48,507 bases of DNA from Tolypothrix carrinoi HA7290-LM1 (lineage in GTDB: Bacteria > Cyanobacteriota > Cyanobacteriia > Cyanobacteriales > Nostocaceae), in assembly GCA_019358935.1 (NCBI GenBank), contig JAHHIK010000065.1, forward strand, positions 1 through 48,507, written 5' to 3'. The notes beneath the pieces are model-generated. The model had not been told where the DNA came from, ran no database searches, and was given only the letters and a program-made list of their open reading frames with translations. Shown here one piece after another: positions 1 to 10,559 of the stretch (position 1 is its first letter; each line of letters starts with the position of its first letter). Position numbers and translations under genes: made by a program.

Positions 1-34
1 TAGCATATATGGAAATTATTTCGTTTAGCATCTA

Positions 35-68
35 GCCCTCCTTATTTTCTCTTCTTGGAGGGCATTTT
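35..68 (+). terminator. possible intrinsic terminator hairpin
   Basis: GCCCTCC-N15-GGAGGGC followed by ATTTT. Confidence 0.4.
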
Positions 69-121
69 ATTGCTTTACTGTCCCAAAGCGATCGCCTAAA
101 TCAATAACTAGCAACTTAGGT

Positions 122-652
122 TATTATGTTGCAGTCGATGAACGTCACCTACCGCAAGGTTCCCCAGCAAGTCCAGCAATTACTAACTTACTCTGTCGCC
201 GCTTAGACCGACGTTTAACGGCGATGGCAGAAAAATTAGGTTTTACTTACACCCGCTACGCCGACGATTTAACCTTTTCCGCTTCTGGCGACAGTCTGCG
301 CCATATATGTAATATACTCAAGCGCACCGAATCAATTGTTACTCACGAAGGCTTCACTATCAACCCAGAAAAAACCCGAATTTTGCGAAAATCTCGCCAG
401 CAGGAAGTTACGGGAGTGGTGGTGAATAATAAACCCAACGTTGACAACAAAACATTAAAACGCTTTCGCGCTACCCTCTTTCAAATTGAGAAAGACGGTT
501 TAGAAGGAAAGCACTGGGGTAATGCTAATTTAATCGCTGCCATTAATGGCTTTGCCAATTTTGTCGCAATGGTGAATCCAGAAAAAGGTGCGGAGTTTCA
601 ACAGCAAGTGCAACGCATCAAAAATAAGTATGTTCGCAACGGCAGGAGTTAG
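122..652 (+). pseudogene. 3' part of a retron-type reverse transcriptase; the 5' part is missing or separated by an interruption
   Basis: The reading frame runs upstream of the listed ATG (224) as YYVAVDERHLPQGSPASPAITNLLCRRLD, then RYADDLTFS (catalytic YADD) and QQEVTGVVVN (retron region-Y VTG). Upstream of about 122 no frame looks RT-like, and there is an in-frame TAG at 26-28. Confidence 0.8.
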
Positions 653-659
653 ACAGATA

Positions 660-1835
660 TTAAGAATACCACTCTAAAGGAAGTTGGTCTATATTGGTGG
701 GAGTGGCTATGGTATCATTCATCTGCCAAATTGTATTATCGCCGGTTTGAGTATTGCGCCAGAAGATGTCAGTCTTGCCATCACCGTTAAAATCGCCAAT
801 ACTAGAACTCCAAACTGGGTCAACTTTCGGCATAAAAGCAGAAGTATCAATGTTTGTACCATCCATCAGCCAAGCAGTATTTTCTCCTGTTACAGAGTTG
901 CGCCAAAATATGTCAGTCTTGCCATCGCCGTTAAAATCGCCAATGCTAGATGTCCAGTTAGCATCAAGTGTTGTTAGAGTACCTTCATTGATCAGGATAC
1001 CACTCATCTGCCAAACTTTGTTTTCTCCGGTTTGATTATTGCGCCAGAGAATGTCAGTATTAGAATCTCCGTTGAAATCCCCAAGGGTATAATTCCAGGA
1101 TGGGTCGAGTTGGGCAATAGAATACTCACTCTCTTTCGTACCATCCATAAACCAAACTTTGTTTTCACCTGTTACAGTATTACGCCAGAAAACATCAGTC
1201 TTGCGATCGCCATTAAAATCGACAATGCTACGAGTCCAGTTGGCATCAGATGTCGGTAGAAAAGCCGCAGTGGTAACTGTTGTCCCATCCATTATCCAAG
1301 CGGCATTTTCACCAGTTTGAGCATTACGCCACAAGATGTCAGTTTTGCTATCTCCATTGAAATCGCCAATGTCACTACTCCACGATGGGTCAACTTGCAA
1401 CACAGAACTCCCAGAGGCAATTCTTGTGCCATCCATCAACCAAATAAAATTGTCACCACTTTGACTATTACGCCATAATAGATCGCTCTTACCATCGGCG
1501 TTGAAATCAGCAATCTTGTAATTCCAGGCTGAGTCAAGTTGATCCAAATTACCCGCTTCGGCAACTCTTGTGTTATCCATCAGCCAAACTGAGGTATCAC
1601 CAGTTTGAGAGTTGCGCCACAATCTATCTGTCTTACCATCACCGTTGAAATCGGCAAGAACTGCCGGACTGTTGAAAATTGAATTCGGATTTTCTGCTGC
1701 TTGTGCTGATTCTGAGGATTTACCCAAACCTAAAAAATTATTTAAATTAAGCTTGTCTCCCAAATCTTTTACCGATTCAAATGATTTTAAAGCACTACCT
1801 GTAGATACAATTAAGGAATTTTTAGATTCCAACAT
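660..1835 (-). CDS. FG-GAP/VCBS-repeat protein (probable beta-propeller)
   Basis: Seven repeats of the type (G/A)DFNGDGKTDILWRN...TGEN..W.MDGT. Confidence 0.9.
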   Translation of the reverse strand: MLESKNSLIVSTGSALKSFESVKDLGDKLNLNNFLGLGKSSESAQAAENPNSIFNSPAVLADFNGDGKTDRLWRNSQTGDTSVWLMDNTRVAEAGNLDQLDSAWNYKIADFNADGKSDLLWRNSQSGDNFIWLMDGTRIASGSSVLQVDPSWSSDIGDFNGDSKTDILWRNAQTGENAAWIMDGTTVTTAAFLPTSDANWTRSIVDFNGDRKTDVFWRNTVTGENKVWFMDGTKESEYSIAQLDPSWNYTLGDFNGDSNTDILWRNNQTGENKVWQMSGILINEGTLTTLDANWTSSIGDFNGDGKTDIFWRNSVTGENTAWLMDGTNIDTSAFMPKVDPVWSSSIGDFNGDGKTDIFWRNTQTGDNTIWQMNDTIATPTNIDQLPLEWYS

Positions 1836-1951
1836 AGAGTTTATTTTTTACTACTTTTCATAACTATTTTTAACTGTTTATTTTGGAATTTTCTGTTACT
1901 TTATAACATCCAAACTTTTTGTTTTGTTCAACTATAGCAATATAGATGCCA

Positions 1952-1984
1952 AGAAACCCGGTTTCTCGGAGAAACCGGGTTTCT
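1952..1984. repeat. palindromic short dispersed repeat
   Basis: AGAAACCCGGTTTCTC-G-GAGAAACCGGGTTTCT with perfect 16-bp arms; a degenerate relative lies at about 3565-3625. Confidence 0.75.
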
Positions 1985-2012
1985 ATTCAAAGTTGCGACC
2001 TTCGATGAAAGT

Positions 2013-2057
2013 AAAAAAATATGACTTGTATACCCACATAAATATACAAGTCATATT
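2013..2057 (-). terminator. intrinsic terminator of the 2129..3322 gene
   Basis: AATATGACTTGTATA / TATACAAGTCATATT stem, with an A-run on + that gives a U-tail on -. Confidence 0.7.
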
Positions 2058-2128
2058 CAGTAATTGAGAAGAGCGATCGCAGTCAGGACTGAAGTCCTTA
2101 ATTTAAGCTAAAAAACGCTTACTACGAA

Positions 2129-3322
2129 TTAGTTAGTATACCACTCTTTAGGAAGTGCATCGGTAGGAGTCTCAGTTGCATTCGTTCCATCCATTGTCCA
2201 AATGGTGTTGTCACCGGTTTCGTAATTGCGCCAGAACACGTCACTCTTGCCATCACCGTTGTAATCGCCAATGCTAGCTTTTGACGATGGATTAGATTGC
2301 GCTAGAACAGCTTCGCTGCTAACTGTTGTGCCATCCATCAACCAAGCAGTGTTCTCACCGGTTTGCTTATTGTGCCACAAGATATCAGTCTTACCATCAC
2401 CGTTGAAATCGCCAATGCTAGATTCCCAGTTGGCATCAAGCGTTGTTAGGGCACCCTCATTAACGAGGACACCATTCATTGTCCAAACTTTGTTTTCTCC
2501 GGTTTGCTCATTACGCCACAAAATGTCAGTCTTCAAGTCACCGTTGAAATCGCCAAGGGTAGCAGTCCAAGCTGCATCCTGCGATTGTAAATCAAACGGA
2601 GTGGCTTGATCGCCATCCATAAACCAAACTTTGTTTTCTCCGGTTGTCGCGTTACGCAAGAAGATATCGCTCTTACCGTTGCCATCAAAATCAACAATCG
2701 TAGGAGTAAACGCTGGGTCTGAGTTATCTAAAGCAGTTGAAGAAGTGACTGTTGTGCCATCCATCTGCCAAATGCTATTTTCACCGGTTTGGTTATTGTG
2801 CCACAAGATATCGGTCTTGCGATCGCCATTGAAATCGCCAATGCTAGAAGTCAGCGCTGGGTCAACGTTTTCTAGAGAAGCTGAACTAGCAACTTTTGTC
2901 CCATCCATTAGCGCAACGACATTCTCACCCGTTGACTTGTTGTGTAACAAAAAGTCGGTTTTACCATCACCATTGAAATCGGCAATGTTGTAATTCCATG
3001 AGGATACGTCATATGTCCCCAGAGAACCTTTTTCGGTTACTGTTGAACCATCCATCAGCCAAACCTGAGTTTCACCGGTGGCACTATTAACCCAGACTTT
3101 ATCCGCTTTACCATCACCGTTGAAATCAGGAACAATCGCTGCACTGGTTAGGTAAGGATTAGGATTGGGGTTTGCTGTCGCCGATGCTTCATCTTGTAAC
3201 GATTGTGAGGCTTTCCCCAAGCTCAAAGAAGTATTTAAATCATCTTTGGTCGAAGTATTTGAAGTTATGTCTGTTGTTAATGCACTAGTTGTCGCACTTT
3301 GGGGATTTTTAGCTGAAAACAT
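2129..3322 (-). CDS. FG-GAP/VCBS-repeat protein, tandem paralog of 660..1835
   Basis: Same seven DFNGDGK repeats and a similar C-terminus (LPKEWY versus LPLEWY). Confidence 0.9.
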   Translation of the reverse strand: MFSAKNPQSATTSALTTDITSNTSTKDDLNTSLSLGKASQSLQDEASATANPNPNPYLTSAAIVPDFNGDGKADKVWVNSATGETQVWLMDGSTVTEKGSLGTYDVSSWNYNIADFNGDGKTDFLLHNKSTGENVVALMDGTKVASSASLENVDPALTSSIGDFNGDRKTDILWHNNQTGENSIWQMDGTTVTSSTALDNSDPAFTPTIVDFDGNGKSDIFLRNATTGENKVWFMDGDQATPFDLQSQDAAWTATLGDFNGDLKTDILWRNEQTGENKVWTMNGVLVNEGALTTLDANWESSIGDFNGDGKTDILWHNKQTGENTAWLMDGTTVSSEAVLAQSNPSSKASIGDYNGDGKSDVFWRNYETGDNTIWTMDGTNATETPTDALPKEWYTN

Positions 3323-3849
3323 GTTGTTTGTTTATCACGCAGTTTCATAAAGTTTTAGCTGCTTTGTTCAAGTTAATTCAAGTGTTATTTAAACACTTTT
3401 CTGGTTGTTTAATCTTTTATTTATAAGTGTCATAATTTGTCTATTTTAGACTATTATATAATGAAAAATTTTTAGTAACCTATGAACTTTTTGTGATTTT
3501 AAGTTTGTCAAATACTTATCAAAAAAAACCTCTAGCTTAGATATAGCAGTCCTAAATCATTGAAAAACGAGAATCCCGGCAACAAAAACGAGAATCCGGG
3601 TAACTTTTGCGAAACCGGGATTCTAAGACTTTGCCATAACAGTTTTCTCTAATAAATTCAAGTCATGAATAATCGCGCATTCGCGATAGATGAAGTCCGT
3701 ACTTGCCAAGAGTTAAAATAAGTAGGTAGATATAAAGACACAAATCAAACTTAGCTGTGTTGCCTTATTTGTAAAAAAACAATAACTTATATATCTAGGC
3801 TTAACTTTGCCCACGTACTTACAACAAGAATTTGAGTTATCAAGTAACC

Positions 3850-5160
3850 ATGCAAGCAGAATATCGGCAGCGTCGCGAACAGTTGATGGCAAAAATTGGC
3901 AATGGTACTGCAATATTTCGCAGTGCGCCTGCTTCAGTCATGCACAATGATGTAGAATATGCTTATCGCCAAGATAGCGATTTTTTCTACCTGACTGGTT
4001 TTAACGAAGCGCAAGCGGTAGCGGTTTTAGCACCCCATCACGCAGAACACCGCTTTATATTGTTTGTGCAACCGAAGGATAGAGAAAAGGAAGTTTGGAG
4101 TGGTTATCGCTGCGGGGTGGATGCAGCTAAGGAAATTTACGGTGCGGATGAAGCTTACCCGATCGCTGAATTAAATGAAAAATTGCCGCAGTATTTAGAA
4201 AAAGCCGATCGCCTTTATTATCATTTAGGACGCGATCGCTCTTTCAACGACACTATCCTCAAACATTACCAAAGCTTACTACGCACTTATCCCAAACGCG
4301 GTACCGGACCAATCGCGATTGAAGATACTTGCACAATCTTAAACAGCATGAGATTGGTAAAAAGTCAAGCTGAATTGGAATTAATGCGAAAAGCTGCCGA
4401 TATTGCCGTTGAAGCACACAATCACGCGATCGCATTTACGCAACCTGGTCGTTACGAGTATGAAATTCAAGCAGAAATCGAACACATCTTCAGAAAACGA
4501 GGTGCGATGGGACCTGCCTATCCTTCAATTGTCGCTTCTGGTGTGAATGCTTGCGTGCTGCACTATATCGAAAATCATCGGCAAATGCAAGATAACGAAT
4601 TGCTGCTGATTGATGCTGGTTGTGCGTATGGTTATTACAACTCGGATATTACGCGGACATTTCCGGTAGGTGGTAAATTTACGGCTGAACAAAAGACACT
4701 GTATGAACTTGTATTAGAAGCACAGAAACAAGCGATCGCGCAAGTGCAACCAGGCAACCCCTACAAATTAATTCATGATACAGCAGTGCGCGTCCTCACC
4801 GAAGGCTTAGTTGAACTCGGCATTCTTGTTGGTGAAATTGACAAGTTAATCGAAGAAGAAAAATACAAACCTTATTATATGCACCGCACCGGTCATTGGT
4901 TAGGTTTAGATGTGCATGATGTAGGAGTTTACCAACATGGTGACGATAAACCGCAGATATTACAACCAGGTCAAGTGCTGACAGTAGAACCAGGACTTTA
5001 TATTGTTCCAGATACCAAACTGGCAGAAGATCAACCAGAAACAAACCCCCGTTGGGTTGGTATTGGTATTCGCATTGAGGACGATGTTTTAGTTACACCC
5101 ACAGGACATGAAGTGTTGACTGCGGGAGTTCCCAAAGCAGTAAACGAACTAGAAAGATAA
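3850..5160 (+). CDS. pepP: Xaa-Pro aminopeptidase (aminopeptidase P, M24B)
   Basis: YRQDSDFFYLTGF, LLIDAG, SDITRTFP, HWLGLDVHD, TVEPG and GIRIEDDV motifs; ATG at 3850 preferred over TTG at 3832. Confidence 0.95.
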   Translation: MQAEYRQRREQLMAKIGNGTAIFRSAPASVMHNDVEYAYRQDSDFFYLTGFNEAQAVAVLAPHHAEHRFILFVQPKDREKEVWSGYRCGVDAAKEIYGADEAYPIAELNEKLPQYLEKADRLYYHLGRDRSFNDTILKHYQSLLRTYPKRGTGPIAIEDTCTILNSMRLVKSQAELELMRKAADIAVEAHNHAIAFTQPGRYEYEIQAEIEHIFRKRGAMGPAYPSIVASGVNACVLHYIENHRQMQDNELLLIDAGCAYGYYNSDITRTFPVGGKFTAEQKTLYELVLEAQKQAIAQVQPGNPYKLIHDTAVRVLTEGLVELGILVGEIDKLIEEEKYKPYYMHRTGHWLGLDVHDVGVYQHGDDKPQILQPGQVLTVEPGLYIVPDTKLAEDQPETNPRWVGIGIRIEDDVLVTPTGHEVLTAGVPKAVNELER

Positions 5161-5166
5161 AAAATA

Positions 5167-5186
5167 GGGATGGTACACACCATCCC
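5167..5186. terminator. hairpin directly after pepP
   Basis: GGGATGGT-ACAC-ACCATCCC. Confidence 0.55.
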
Positions 5187-5569
5187 AAACATAATTTCAG
5201 CACTCATTAACTAATAGAACTAGAAGTTCACTTTTCACTTTGTAAACATTATTTACTTAGTATTAAATAGTATTTATTGCCTTACTCTCGCTTCTCAAAC
5301 ACTTTTCCAGAAACAGACGATGCAATTTACTTCATGAAAAGTCGAAATAATACTTTAGACATATGCCCAAATGAGTATCAAAGTCTTGTCAGACAAGGGT
5401 CAAAACCTAATTTCCGGATAAATCTCTTGTATATTATTATCTTTATAAAAAATTAACATATAATTTATTAAATTTATATAATTAGGTAACAGATTAATGT
5501 AACATACTTGAATATGCATGGGTGCTTCTACTGAATCGATGCCGTTTTTCAACAATCAAATAGCATCTC

Positions 5570-6496
5570 ATGACACAATTGGTAAGTAAATTATTGCGTG
5601 GGATTGGGGTTTATCCTTACTCAAGTCCACGTAATTTTCACAATGTCAAAATTCAATCTGCAATAATACAGAACAAAGCAATAAATGCTACTACTGTAAA
5701 TAAAAGACCAATTTTTACAGTGTATTTATTGGAACGGCGGATAAATTGTATGACTATCCCTGCAATTGTGGAGGCAGTTCAGAGGGCATGTATTGAAGGC
5801 AAGAAAATAATTGTAGCGAATTACAATATCCACAGCTTTAACTTATCGATGCAATTGCCGTGGTATTACGAGTTTTTGCAAAGTGTAGAAATTGCTAACT
5901 GTGATAGCGTGGGAATATTAAAGGCGATCGCTTATATGGGGTTGGATTTACCTTTAGATTACCGAGCCTCGTACACATTGTTAATGCCCAAAGTCTTGGA
6001 AAGTTGCAATAAACATAAGTTTTCAGTATTTTTCCTGGGAGCAAAGCCGGAATATTTACAAACTGCCCTTGAGCGCTTGAGAGTCAAGTATCCGAGTGTT
6101 TGTTTTGCTGGACATCACGGCTATTTCGACAAAGAAGACCCAAAGGCAAATCAAGCTGTAATTGAGCAAATCAATCAGGTAAAGCCGAATATTTTGGTTG
6201 TAGGCATGGGAATGCCAATTCAAGAATCTTGGGTGCAAAAGCATCGCAGCAGCTTGCAGGTTAATGCCATCATGCTTGGTGGAGCGATTATCGATCGCAT
6301 GGCTGGAGTAGTCTCTGATTGTCCGCATTTTATATCTAATATGGGTTTTGAGTGGCTCTATCGTCTCTGTCGCGAACCAAAACGTCTAGCAGCTCGCTAT
6401 TTGTTAGGAAATCCAGCTTTTGCATTACACATTGCTTTAGCAATGTCTAATGCATCACCACTACGAGTAGAACTCACGTCAAATATAGATAGATAA
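5570..6496 (+). CDS. WecB/TagA/CpsF (GT26) glycosyltransferase
   Basis: VFFLGAKP, AGHHGYF, LVVGMGMPIQESW, GFEWLYRLCREPKRLAARY. Confidence 0.9.
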   Translation: MTQLVSKLLRGIGVYPYSSPRNFHNVKIQSAIIQNKAINATTVNKRPIFTVYLLERRINCMTIPAIVEAVQRACIEGKKIIVANYNIHSFNLSMQLPWYYEFLQSVEIANCDSVGILKAIAYMGLDLPLDYRASYTLLMPKVLESCNKHKFSVFFLGAKPEYLQTALERLRVKYPSVCFAGHHGYFDKEDPKANQAVIEQINQVKPNILVVGMGMPIQESWVQKHRSSLQVNAIMLGGAIIDRMAGVVSDCPHFISNMGFEWLYRLCREPKRLAARYLLGNPAFALHIALAMSNASPLRVELTSNIDR

Positions 6497-7022
6497 TTCG
6501 AGCTTTGAAGGTAATATTCATTTTATTGATTCAGCGCTGCACTACATCATTCAATTAGCATGTTCGTTGACTACATGTGTGTATGTCAAGATAAAAACAT
6601 GATTTACAAGTGAATAATTCCCAGAGAGATATCTTGATTTGTAGAGGATTAATTGTAGCAACATGTCAGATTTTATCTCAAAACTTTTGTGCTAGTGTTC
6701 AGTATTTCCTTGTTTAGTTAGACTTTATCGCTCATCAAAGGACATAACCCGCGTTATTTAAAAAAAGTCACAATCAGTGGTGCAAAAGCTTTTCGCTTCT
6801 CACTAATTATGGTGCATTGAAAAAATCAAAGTCAGTGAAAAATAAGGATTTCATGGTATGCGATGCTATAAAGCCGAGCTACTATGTGAACATCCTTTCA
6901 GTAAATGGATATTAAGCTTGCTTAAATGTCTCATTGTAAATAGCTGACTTCACAGCAAGTAAACATTATCGTTCTCACTCACTAGATTTTCAGCCATTAA
7001 TAAAAGCTGATTAGGCAAAATC

Positions 7023-7961
7023 ATGAAAGTTTGTTACTTCATACAGAGTCATATAAATCCTGAGCAAATTTATCGATTAATTGATATTATTAAAAAATCC
7101 AGTTATGAGGCTCAAGTTATTGTTAGTCATAATTTTTCTGGTTGTGAATTGGATGTGACAAATTTACAAAACTCTGGCGTTAAAGTATTAACAGGTAAGG
7201 GTGGACGTGGCGATTTTGTGCTGCTCCAATCTTATCTGGATGCAATCAAATGGTTGATTGATAACCAAATTAACTATGATTGGTTAATTTACCTTTCTGG
7301 TCAGGATTATCCCATCAAACCAATATCAAACATTGAGAATTTTTTAGCCGAAACTAATTATGATGGGTTTATAGAATATTTTAAGATTTTTTCACCCGAA
7401 AGCCATTGGAGTATGAAAGAGGCTACAAGCCGTTATTTATTTAGATATAAAAAAATTAATTCCCTGACAAAATTACCAAATTGGGTAAAGGAATTACTTA
7501 CACCAATCAAAATAATAAATTACTTGCAGCCTTTTGTCAGAATAAATTTGGCATATGACATGTTAGGTGTGAGAGCATTATCATTATTGATTAAAGACTT
7601 TGTTTTTTATGGAGGTTCTTTCTTTACTACTTTATCGAGAAAATGTGTAGAATATTTGCACCAATTTTGTCAAAGCCATCCAGAAGTAGTCGAATATTAC
7701 AAAGGAGTATGCGTAGCCGATGAATCTTTTTTACAAACAATATTAGTTAATAGTGGATTATTCAATTTATGTAATGATAATAAGCGCTACTATGATTTTT
7801 ATAAAAGTCGGAATGGGCGTCCCGCAATTTTAACAACAAATGATTATAATGCAATAATACAAAGCGAGGCTCACTTTGCGAGAAAATTTGACATATGTAA
7901 AGACAGTAGGATTTTAGACCTTTTAGATAAGGAAATTGGGAAAGTTGTATTTGATAGCTAA
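7023..7961 (+). CDS. core-2/I-branching beta-1,6-GlcNAc-transferase family (GT14-like) glycosyltransferase
   Basis: YFIQSH, LSGQDYPIKP, YGGSFFTTLSR, DESFLQTIL, FARKFD. Confidence 0.85.
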   Translation: MKVCYFIQSHINPEQIYRLIDIIKKSSYEAQVIVSHNFSGCELDVTNLQNSGVKVLTGKGGRGDFVLLQSYLDAIKWLIDNQINYDWLIYLSGQDYPIKPISNIENFLAETNYDGFIEYFKIFSPESHWSMKEATSRYLFRYKKINSLTKLPNWVKELLTPIKIINYLQPFVRINLAYDMLGVRALSLLIKDFVFYGGSFFTTLSRKCVEYLHQFCQSHPEVVEYYKGVCVADESFLQTILVNSGLFNLCNDNKRYYDFYKSRNGRPAILTTNDYNAIIQSEAHFARKFDICKDSRILDLLDKEIGKVVFDS

Positions 7962-7994
7962 TTTTTGTGGTTTGGAGTTTGAAGGATCTTAATA

Positions 7995-8963
7995 ATGCTT
8001 ACTACACCAAAGGTTAGTGTTGTAGTCCCCGCTTATAATGTTAGCGGCTACATTCAAGAAACGCTGATTTCACTCGAATTACAAACTTTTTCAGACTTTG
8101 AGGTATTGGTAGTTGATGACGGTTCTAGCGATGATACCCCAGCTATAGTGGAAAAATTTGAAGAGCGAGATTCACGCTTTCAGTTATTGCAGAAATCAAA
8201 CGGGGGTTTGTCATCTGCACGCAACTATGGCATCCGTCATGCGCGGGGTGAATATATTGCCTTGCTGGATGGTGATGATGTTTACCACAAAGATAAATTA
8301 GCAACTCATGTCGATCGCTTAGATAGAGATGCTGATATTGGAGTGGTTTACAGTGCCTCGCAGACAATTCGCGACGATGGACGACCAACGCTTATTAGCT
8401 TGAGCGGCAAACCAATACATTCAAATTTGATGTTGGCTTTGTTGTGCAAAAATTTCGTCGGACACGGTTCTAATGGAGTGTTTCGTCGATGTTTGGTGGA
8501 TGAGGTTGGGGAGTTTGACGAAGACTTACGCAGTTGGGAAGACGTCGATTTTTGGTTGCGGATAGCGGCAACGCAGAAGTGGGGTTTTTATCGAGAGAAG
8601 CGTATTTTATGCTACTACCGCGTTCGTCCTTCTGGACTGTCTTTCAATCTCGTGCAAATGCGGATTTGTGGTGAACAGGTCATTCAGGGTGCTTATCGAC
8701 GATCGCCAGAGTTAATAGAACCAATGTTACCAACAGCTTACGCTTATATGTACCGCTATTTAGCGCGGTTGAGCCTTCAGGGTGGTGATATAGAAACAGC
8801 GCGTGATTTTATTGACCAAGCTTTGATTTGCGACAAGTCAATTTTTTATCGGGATGTGCGATCGCTCCTGACTTTAGTATCTGTGCGTTTGTCACCAATC
8901 GCAAAACTAGCGATCGGGCGATCGCTTGGGGAAGCAAAGTACGCCAAAAAATATCAAGGCTGA
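7995..8963 (+). CDS. GT2 family glycosyltransferase
   Basis: VSVVVPAYN, VVDDGSSD, NGGLSSARNYG, LDGDD, EDVDFWLR. Confidence 0.92.
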   Translation: MLTTPKVSVVVPAYNVSGYIQETLISLELQTFSDFEVLVVDDGSSDDTPAIVEKFEERDSRFQLLQKSNGGLSSARNYGIRHARGEYIALLDGDDVYHKDKLATHVDRLDRDADIGVVYSASQTIRDDGRPTLISLSGKPIHSNLMLALLCKNFVGHGSNGVFRRCLVDEVGEFDEDLRSWEDVDFWLRIAATQKWGFYREKRILCYYRVRPSGLSFNLVQMRICGEQVIQGAYRRSPELIEPMLPTAYAYMYRYLARLSLQGGDIETARDFIDQALICDKSIFYRDVRSLLTLVSVRLSPIAKLAIGRSLGEAKYAKKYQG

Positions 8964-8966
8964 AGC

Positions 8967-10448
8967 ATGAAAAGCATAGATGAAGAATCATCTGATATTT
9001 CACCTAGAGAATTAACCAGTAAGAACTCCTTGCTGAAAAACGGATTTTGGGCAACCTATGGAGCTTTTGCTACACGTTTTTTGGCTTTAGCTAATAACTT
9101 GCTACTTGCAAGATTGCTGCTGCCATCAGAATTTGGTGTCATTGGTGTAGCTTATATTTTTTGGTCTTTTGTAAATTTATTTGCCCAAGATACTGCTGCT
9201 TCATTCATTGTTTATAAGGGTATCAAAGATAAACGTTATTTAAATACCACTTACACAATTAGTCTTGGCATCGGTTTAGTTTTAGCAGTAGGGCTTATCG
9301 CTACATCTCCCTTGATAGCTAATTTTTTTGGCATCCCTGATTTGATTTGGCTTCTAACTGGATTTGCCTTCAATTTGGTGCTGTCTTTCTATCAGTCCGT
9401 TTATGTTGGAGTCCTGAGAAGCCAGATGCGGTTTCAAAGCCTGACAAATTTAACCTTAGTAGCTTCAATGGCACGAGTTTTTTCTACCGTTGTTAGCGCT
9501 CTGCTCGGACTAAGCTACTGGTCTTTTTTAATAGGAGATATGGTTTCTTGGGTGATAGCTTCGATTCTCGCCCGTCGTGAAGTTAAATATAATTTTCAGT
9601 TACAAATAGACAAAGAAGTTTGTTCAGAAGTACTTTCATACTCCTTAGGTGGTACAGGCTATAGTTTGGGATACTACGTCAATGCTAACTCTGACAATTT
9701 CGTAGTTGGAAAACTCTTAGGTACAACCAGCTTAGGTTATTACAATTTAGCTTACCAATTGACAATGGCATTACCTGTAATTTTAAGCCAGGTCGTCAAT
9801 CAAATTGGAATGTCTGCTTTTACGCAAATGACAGACGATAAACAGCAAGAAAATGCTCTGCGGAATGTAATTGAGCAAATTGCTGTTTTTATTACTCCCA
9901 TATACGCTTTATTCTTTTTAATCATTGATAAGCAAGCTATTTCTTTAATTTTTGGCGAAAAATGGATACCTGTTGCCGCATTAATTCCTTGGTTGTTAGT
10001 GTTTGCTTACTTCCGTGTAGTCAACTCTGCTATCAGCTCGATGTTACAAGCCAAAGGTCGTCCGGGAGTTAATGCCAAAGTCAACTTAATAATTGCTCCA
10101 GTAGCCGTACTAGGTTTTGTAATTGGAGCAATTCAAGGAAAAATTATTGGAGTCAGTATTTCTGTAGCAATTATATTGGGAATTGGTTGGACATTTTATT
10201 GGTGGTGGGTAGGTTGTAAAGCTCTAGGATGGTCTATGTTAAAAATTTTACAGCCAAGCTTTCTGCCAATTTTGTTCACAGTCATATTGATGATATGTTT
10301 CTCTTATTTATCAATAATTATTAAAGCAATTATTTTTGCAATTGCCTATTTAATTGTCATGCGGATGTTTCAGCCAACATACTTTCGGAAGATTCAATAT
10401 TTTACTGAGAAAGTTTTTCTAGTTATTCGGAGAAAAATTAAATTATAA
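8967..10448 (+). CDS. wzx: oligosaccharide flippase (Wzx/PST family)
   Basis: LARLLLPSEFG and NSDNFVVGKLLGTTSLGYYNLAY; many transmembrane segments; EPS cluster context. Confidence 0.85.
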   Translation: MKSIDEESSDISPRELTSKNSLLKNGFWATYGAFATRFLALANNLLLARLLLPSEFGVIGVAYIFWSFVNLFAQDTAASFIVYKGIKDKRYLNTTYTISLGIGLVLAVGLIATSPLIANFFGIPDLIWLLTGFAFNLVLSFYQSVYVGVLRSQMRFQSLTNLTLVASMARVFSTVVSALLGLSYWSFLIGDMVSWVIASILARREVKYNFQLQIDKEVCSEVLSYSLGGTGYSLGYYVNANSDNFVVGKLLGTTSLGYYNLAYQLTMALPVILSQVVNQIGMSAFTQMTDDKQQENALRNVIEQIAVFITPIYALFFLIIDKQAISLIFGEKWIPVAALIPWLLVFAYFRVVNSAISSMLQAKGRPGVNAKVNLIIAPVAVLGFVIGAIQGKIIGVSISVAIILGIGWTFYWWWVGCKALGWSMLKILQPSFLPILFTVILMICFSYLSIIIKAIIFAIAYLIVMRMFQPTYFRKIQYFTEKVFLVIRRKIKL

Positions 10449-10559
10449 TTAATTTTAATTGCAAAAAAATCAATAAATAATTAAAACGATGATACTATAA
10501 AATCAGCCTTTACTGTATTTGTGGTTTTCGTCTATAGACCTAAATAGTAATTACTGACT

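Noticed and set aside
122..3322. Diversity-generating retroelement (RT next to two similar repeat genes as TR/VR)
   Set aside because: The RT has retron signatures (PQG, YADD, VTG) rather than DGR ones. The two FG-GAP genes differ at all base types throughout, not specifically at adenines.
6497..7022. 525-bp gap inside the EPS cluster as a hidden gene or RNA
   Set aside because: I found no ORF of convincing length, no strong hairpin and no repeat; it is probably a promoter or leader region.
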